From NCBI GenBank assembly GCA_046331705.1, contig JAXLQJ010000003.1:186001-214896 (forward strand): a stretch of DNA of 28,896 nucleotides, in the 5' to 3' direction. Positions 26,707 to 28,896 of the stretch are shown one piece after another. The stretch is from a bacterium (GTDB lineage: Bacteria > JADJOY01). A model generated the notes under the pieces. The model saw only the letters and a program-made list of their open reading frames with translations, was not told where the DNA came from and ran no database searches. The number at the start of each line of letters is the position of its first letter. Position 1 is the stretch's first letter. The translations under genes were made by a program, and so were the position numbers.

Positions 26707-28118
26707 GGTTCCTCCCGGGGAGTCGCGGTCGCGTTGGAAGTGTCGGCCGGGGACGCGGTCAGCGCGGCCGTGAGGCGTCCCAGCGCGTGCTCGCACTCCG
26801 CCCAAGCCAGCAGCACTCCGTGACGTGCCTGAAGCTCGCGAAGACGCGCCGCCGAGAACGCCGACTCGGCGGCGGCCAGCTCCGTCCACGTGGCCAGTCC
26901 TTGCTCGTACCGTCGCGTCACCACCCGCCGTGCCTCGGCGGCCAGATCCGCTGCGCCGAGCGCCGCCGCGAGACGTGCGCGCGACGTCGCTAGCGCCGCG
27001 TCACGCGCGCCGATCTCGAGGCGCGCGGCGCGTTCTGCCGCCTCGAGCCGCGCGGCGGCGGCGCGGGCCTGCGACGCCGCCACGTCGAGCTTGGCGCGAT
27101 CGCCGCCGCCCGCGAGCAAGTTCCAATCGAGCGCCACGCCGACCGTGTAGGACCACTCGCCGTCGCTGGCGAAACGCTCGCGGTCCCACTGCTCGCTCGC
27201 CACCAGCCCGAGCGTCGGCAGGAACGAGGCACGCGCCGCCGATTCGGCAGCGCTCGCGGCCGAGGCTTGGTGACGAATCGCCGCGAGGTCGGGGCGTGAC
27301 GCGAGCCCCGCGTCGAGGTCGGTGGCGACCGCCCCGTGCTGCGCCCGCTCGGCGAGCCACGCCGGCACGTCCGCCAGCGCGCCGACGCTCGCGCCACCGT
27401 CGAGCAGCGAAGCGAGCCCCAGCTCGGCGACCCGCGCATCACCCCGCGCGGCTTCGAGCAGCTCGGCCTGGCTGCGCGCGTGAACCTGGGCCTGGAGCGC
27501 GTCGGCCTCGAGCGCCGTCCCGGCGCGCACCAGCGCGGACGCGCGCTCGAGGTCGGCGAGCGCGACACGGTGGGATTCGTCGGCGACCTGCACCGCGTCG
27601 CGCGCGAGCCCCAAGCCCAGGTAGGCGCGCACCACTTCGAGCGCGAGCGTCTCGTGCGTGAGCGTCTCGCCGGCGCGCGCCGCGTCGGTGGCGGCGCTCG
27701 CCGCGGCGCGCCCGTACCACGCGGGTACGGCGACGATCGGCTGCTCGACCGAGACACGGGTCTGGAAGCGATCGAGCGCGGCAGGATCGTTGAGGCGCTT
27801 CACGTCGAAATCGCGCTCGCTGAACCGCCCCTGCTCGAGGAGCGTGCCGAACGCGAACACCGGATCGTCGGAGCGAGCCCACGACTCGCGCATCGCCACC
27901 TGCGGCAGAAGGCGCGCCGTGGCCTGGCGCTCTCCCGCCTCGGCGGCGTCGCGCTCCGCCGCGGCGGCCTGGCCAAGGGGATGGCGCGCGAGCGCGACCT
28001 TCACCGCCGCCGTCAGCTCGAGCGGCTCACTGCTCTGCGCCACGAGGGGCGCGAACGCGACCAGGCCGAGGGCCGTCGCGATCGCAACCGCGGGATACCG
28101 CATTGGTGATCTTCCCAT
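26703..28118 (-). CDS. TolC-family outer membrane efflux protein
   Basis: Signal-peptide-like MRYPAVAIATALGLVAFAPLVA; LLPQV, VVRAYL, RPDL, FLPTL, RYEQGL. Start at ATG 28118 (GAGGT SD) or 28103. Confidence 0.9.
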   Translation of the reverse strand: MGRSPMRYPAVAIATALGLVAFAPLVAQSSEPLELTAAVKVALARHPLGQAAAAERDAAEAGERQATARLLPQVAMRESWARSDDPVFAFGTLLEQGRFSERDFDVKRLNDPAALDRFQTRVSVEQPIVAVPAWYGRAAASAATDAARAGETLTHETLALEVVRAYLGLGLARDAVQVADESHRVALADLERASALVRAGTALEADALQAQVHARSQAELLEAARGDARVAELGLASLLDGGASVGALADVPAWLAERAQHGAVATDLDAGLASRPDLAAIRHQASAASAAESAARASFLPTLGLVASEQWDRERFASDGEWSYTVGVALDWNLLAGGGDRAKLDVAASQARAAAARLEAAERAARLEIGARDAALATSRARLAAALGAADLAAEARRVVTRRYEQGLATWTELAAAESAFSAARLRELQARHGVLLAWAECEHALGRLTAALTASPADTSNATATPREEP

Positions 28119-28123
28119 GTCGG

Positions 28124-28170
28124 TTGACCTCACGCTTATGATCATATAATCATATACGCATGACAGTCAA
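28124..28170. promoter_or_regulatory. AT-rich divergent promoter / probable ArsR operator
   Basis: Strikingly AT-rich patch: palindrome TATGATCATA (28138-28147) and tandem ATCATATA x2 (28141-28156). Minus-strand TTGACT(28170-28165)-N18-TATGAT; plus-strand TTGACC(28124-28129)-N15-TATAAT. Confidence 0.6.
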
Positions 28171-28288
28171 GCGACCTGCTATGCTCGTGCCGTCGCCCGC
28201 GGAGATCGAACGACGATTCGTGGCTGCGCAGGTCTGCATGCTCCCTCGCCACGCCGCCGCCACGAGCGCCGACACCGAGGAATCAGCC

Positions 28289-28675
28289 ATGACCGGCCCC
28301 GTCTCCAACGCCAGCGCGTTCACCCTGCCACCCGAGGCCTTCGATCTGATGGCGGAGCGCTTCCAGGCGCTGGCCGCGCCGTCACGTCTCGCGATCCTCA
28401 ACGTGCTGATGCAAGGCGAGCGAACCGTGCAGGAGCTCGAGGAAGCCACGGCACTCACCCAGACCAACGTCTCGCGCCACCTCGCCGTGCTACGTCAGGC
28501 GGGAATCGTCACACGCACCGCGCACGGCAATCGCGCGCTCTATCGGATCGCCGATCCGACCATCGAGGCGCTCTGCCATCTGGTATGCAATAGCCTGGCC
28601 GCGCGCCTCGAGGGTCAGATGGGCGCACTCGACGGCGCGCGTCCGGACGCGCGCCGCAAACGCCGCGCCGGCTGA
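28289..28675 (+). CDS. ArsR/SmtB-family transcriptional regulator with C-terminal CxxxC
   Basis: SD GAGGA; RFQALAAPSRLAIL..L.GERTVQEL..QTNVSRHLAVL..AGIV..G..YRIAD..LCHLVC. Confidence 0.93.
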   Translation: MTGPVSNASAFTLPPEAFDLMAERFQALAAPSRLAILNVLMQGERTVQELEEATALTQTNVSRHLAVLRQAGIVTRTAHGNRALYRIADPTIEALCHLVCNSLAARLEGQMGALDGARPDARRKRRAG

Positions 28676-28737
28676 GCCGGGCGCCGCCCGCGGCCGCGCC
28701 GCGAAGCCGTGCCGGCTCGCCGTCACGGGTCCAGGAT

Positions 28738-28896
28738 TCAGGTCAAGAACACGGGCGAGCGCTGGACCGCGCGCATGTACTGGGCCCGTTCGAAGGCCTC
28801 CGGGCTCTCGCATTGCTCCTGACTCATGCTGCCCTGCATCTGGCGCACGGATTCGTACTCGTGCGCCTCCATCCAATCCACGAGCTCGGCGCGAAC
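28738..28896 (-). CDS. 3' end of a dihydroorotate dehydrogenase-like protein (truncated by the window edge)
   Basis: Not in the ORF track. Minus frame from 28896 reads VRAELVDWMEAHEYESVRQMQGSMSQEQCESPEAFERAQYMRAVQRSPVFLT*, matching the WM..H.Y.S...GSMS....AFERA.Y C-terminus of this family. Confidence 0.8.
   Translation of the reverse strand, partial: VRAELVDWMEAHEYESVRQMQGSMSQEQCESPEAFERAQYMRAVQRSPVFLT

Noticed and set aside
262-28876. Many long overlapping or antisense ORFs in the track (e.g. 587..3010-, 3071..5560+, 14850..17087-, 18299..20590-, 22949..26224+, 28490..28876-)
   Set aside because: Arg/Ala/Pro-rich shadow frames expected at very high GC. Each overlaps a gene with clear family motifs.
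1-28896. CRISPR array, tRNA/rRNA, IS or prophage elements
   Set aside because: No regularly spaced repeats, cloverleaf/T-loop signatures, transposase, integrase or phage genes seen. Intergenic gaps are short.

Overview
Very GC-rich bacterial chromosomal segment. Gene order and protein styles suggest a deltaproteobacterial/Myxococcota/Binatia-like lineage (inference only). Left accessory part: a 5'-truncated, probably secreted NHL + PQQ-like propeller + TSP3 + IPT protein; a molybdopterin oxidoreductase divergent from an HxlR-family regulator, with two palindromic operators between them; a small membrane ORF; pirin; an NADPH:quinone oxidoreductase; and a Ser/Thr kinase + FHA-GAF pair behind a candidate sigma54 promoter. 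Core part: yceD-rpmF-[plsX-fabD fusion]-acpP-rpiB-glyA-nrdR-ribE-ribBA-ribH-nusB. This familiar cluster here lacks fabH, fabG, fabF and ribD, and its RpiB has Asp at the usual catalytic Cys. Right part: an unknown membrane protein, a CBS protein, a TolC-MFP-RND-PII-like-DUF2892 operon divergent from an ArsR regulator, and the 3' end of a dihydroorotate-dehydrogenase-like gene. The best leads are the PlsX-FabD fusion in a fab locus with no condensing or reducing enzymes, short ORFs bridging neighbouring genes by stop/start overlaps, a possible Glu at the Mo-ligand position, and the ArsR/RND/PII/DUF2892 module. No rRNA, tRNA, CRISPR array or transposase was seen. All calls come from motif recognition, without database searches.
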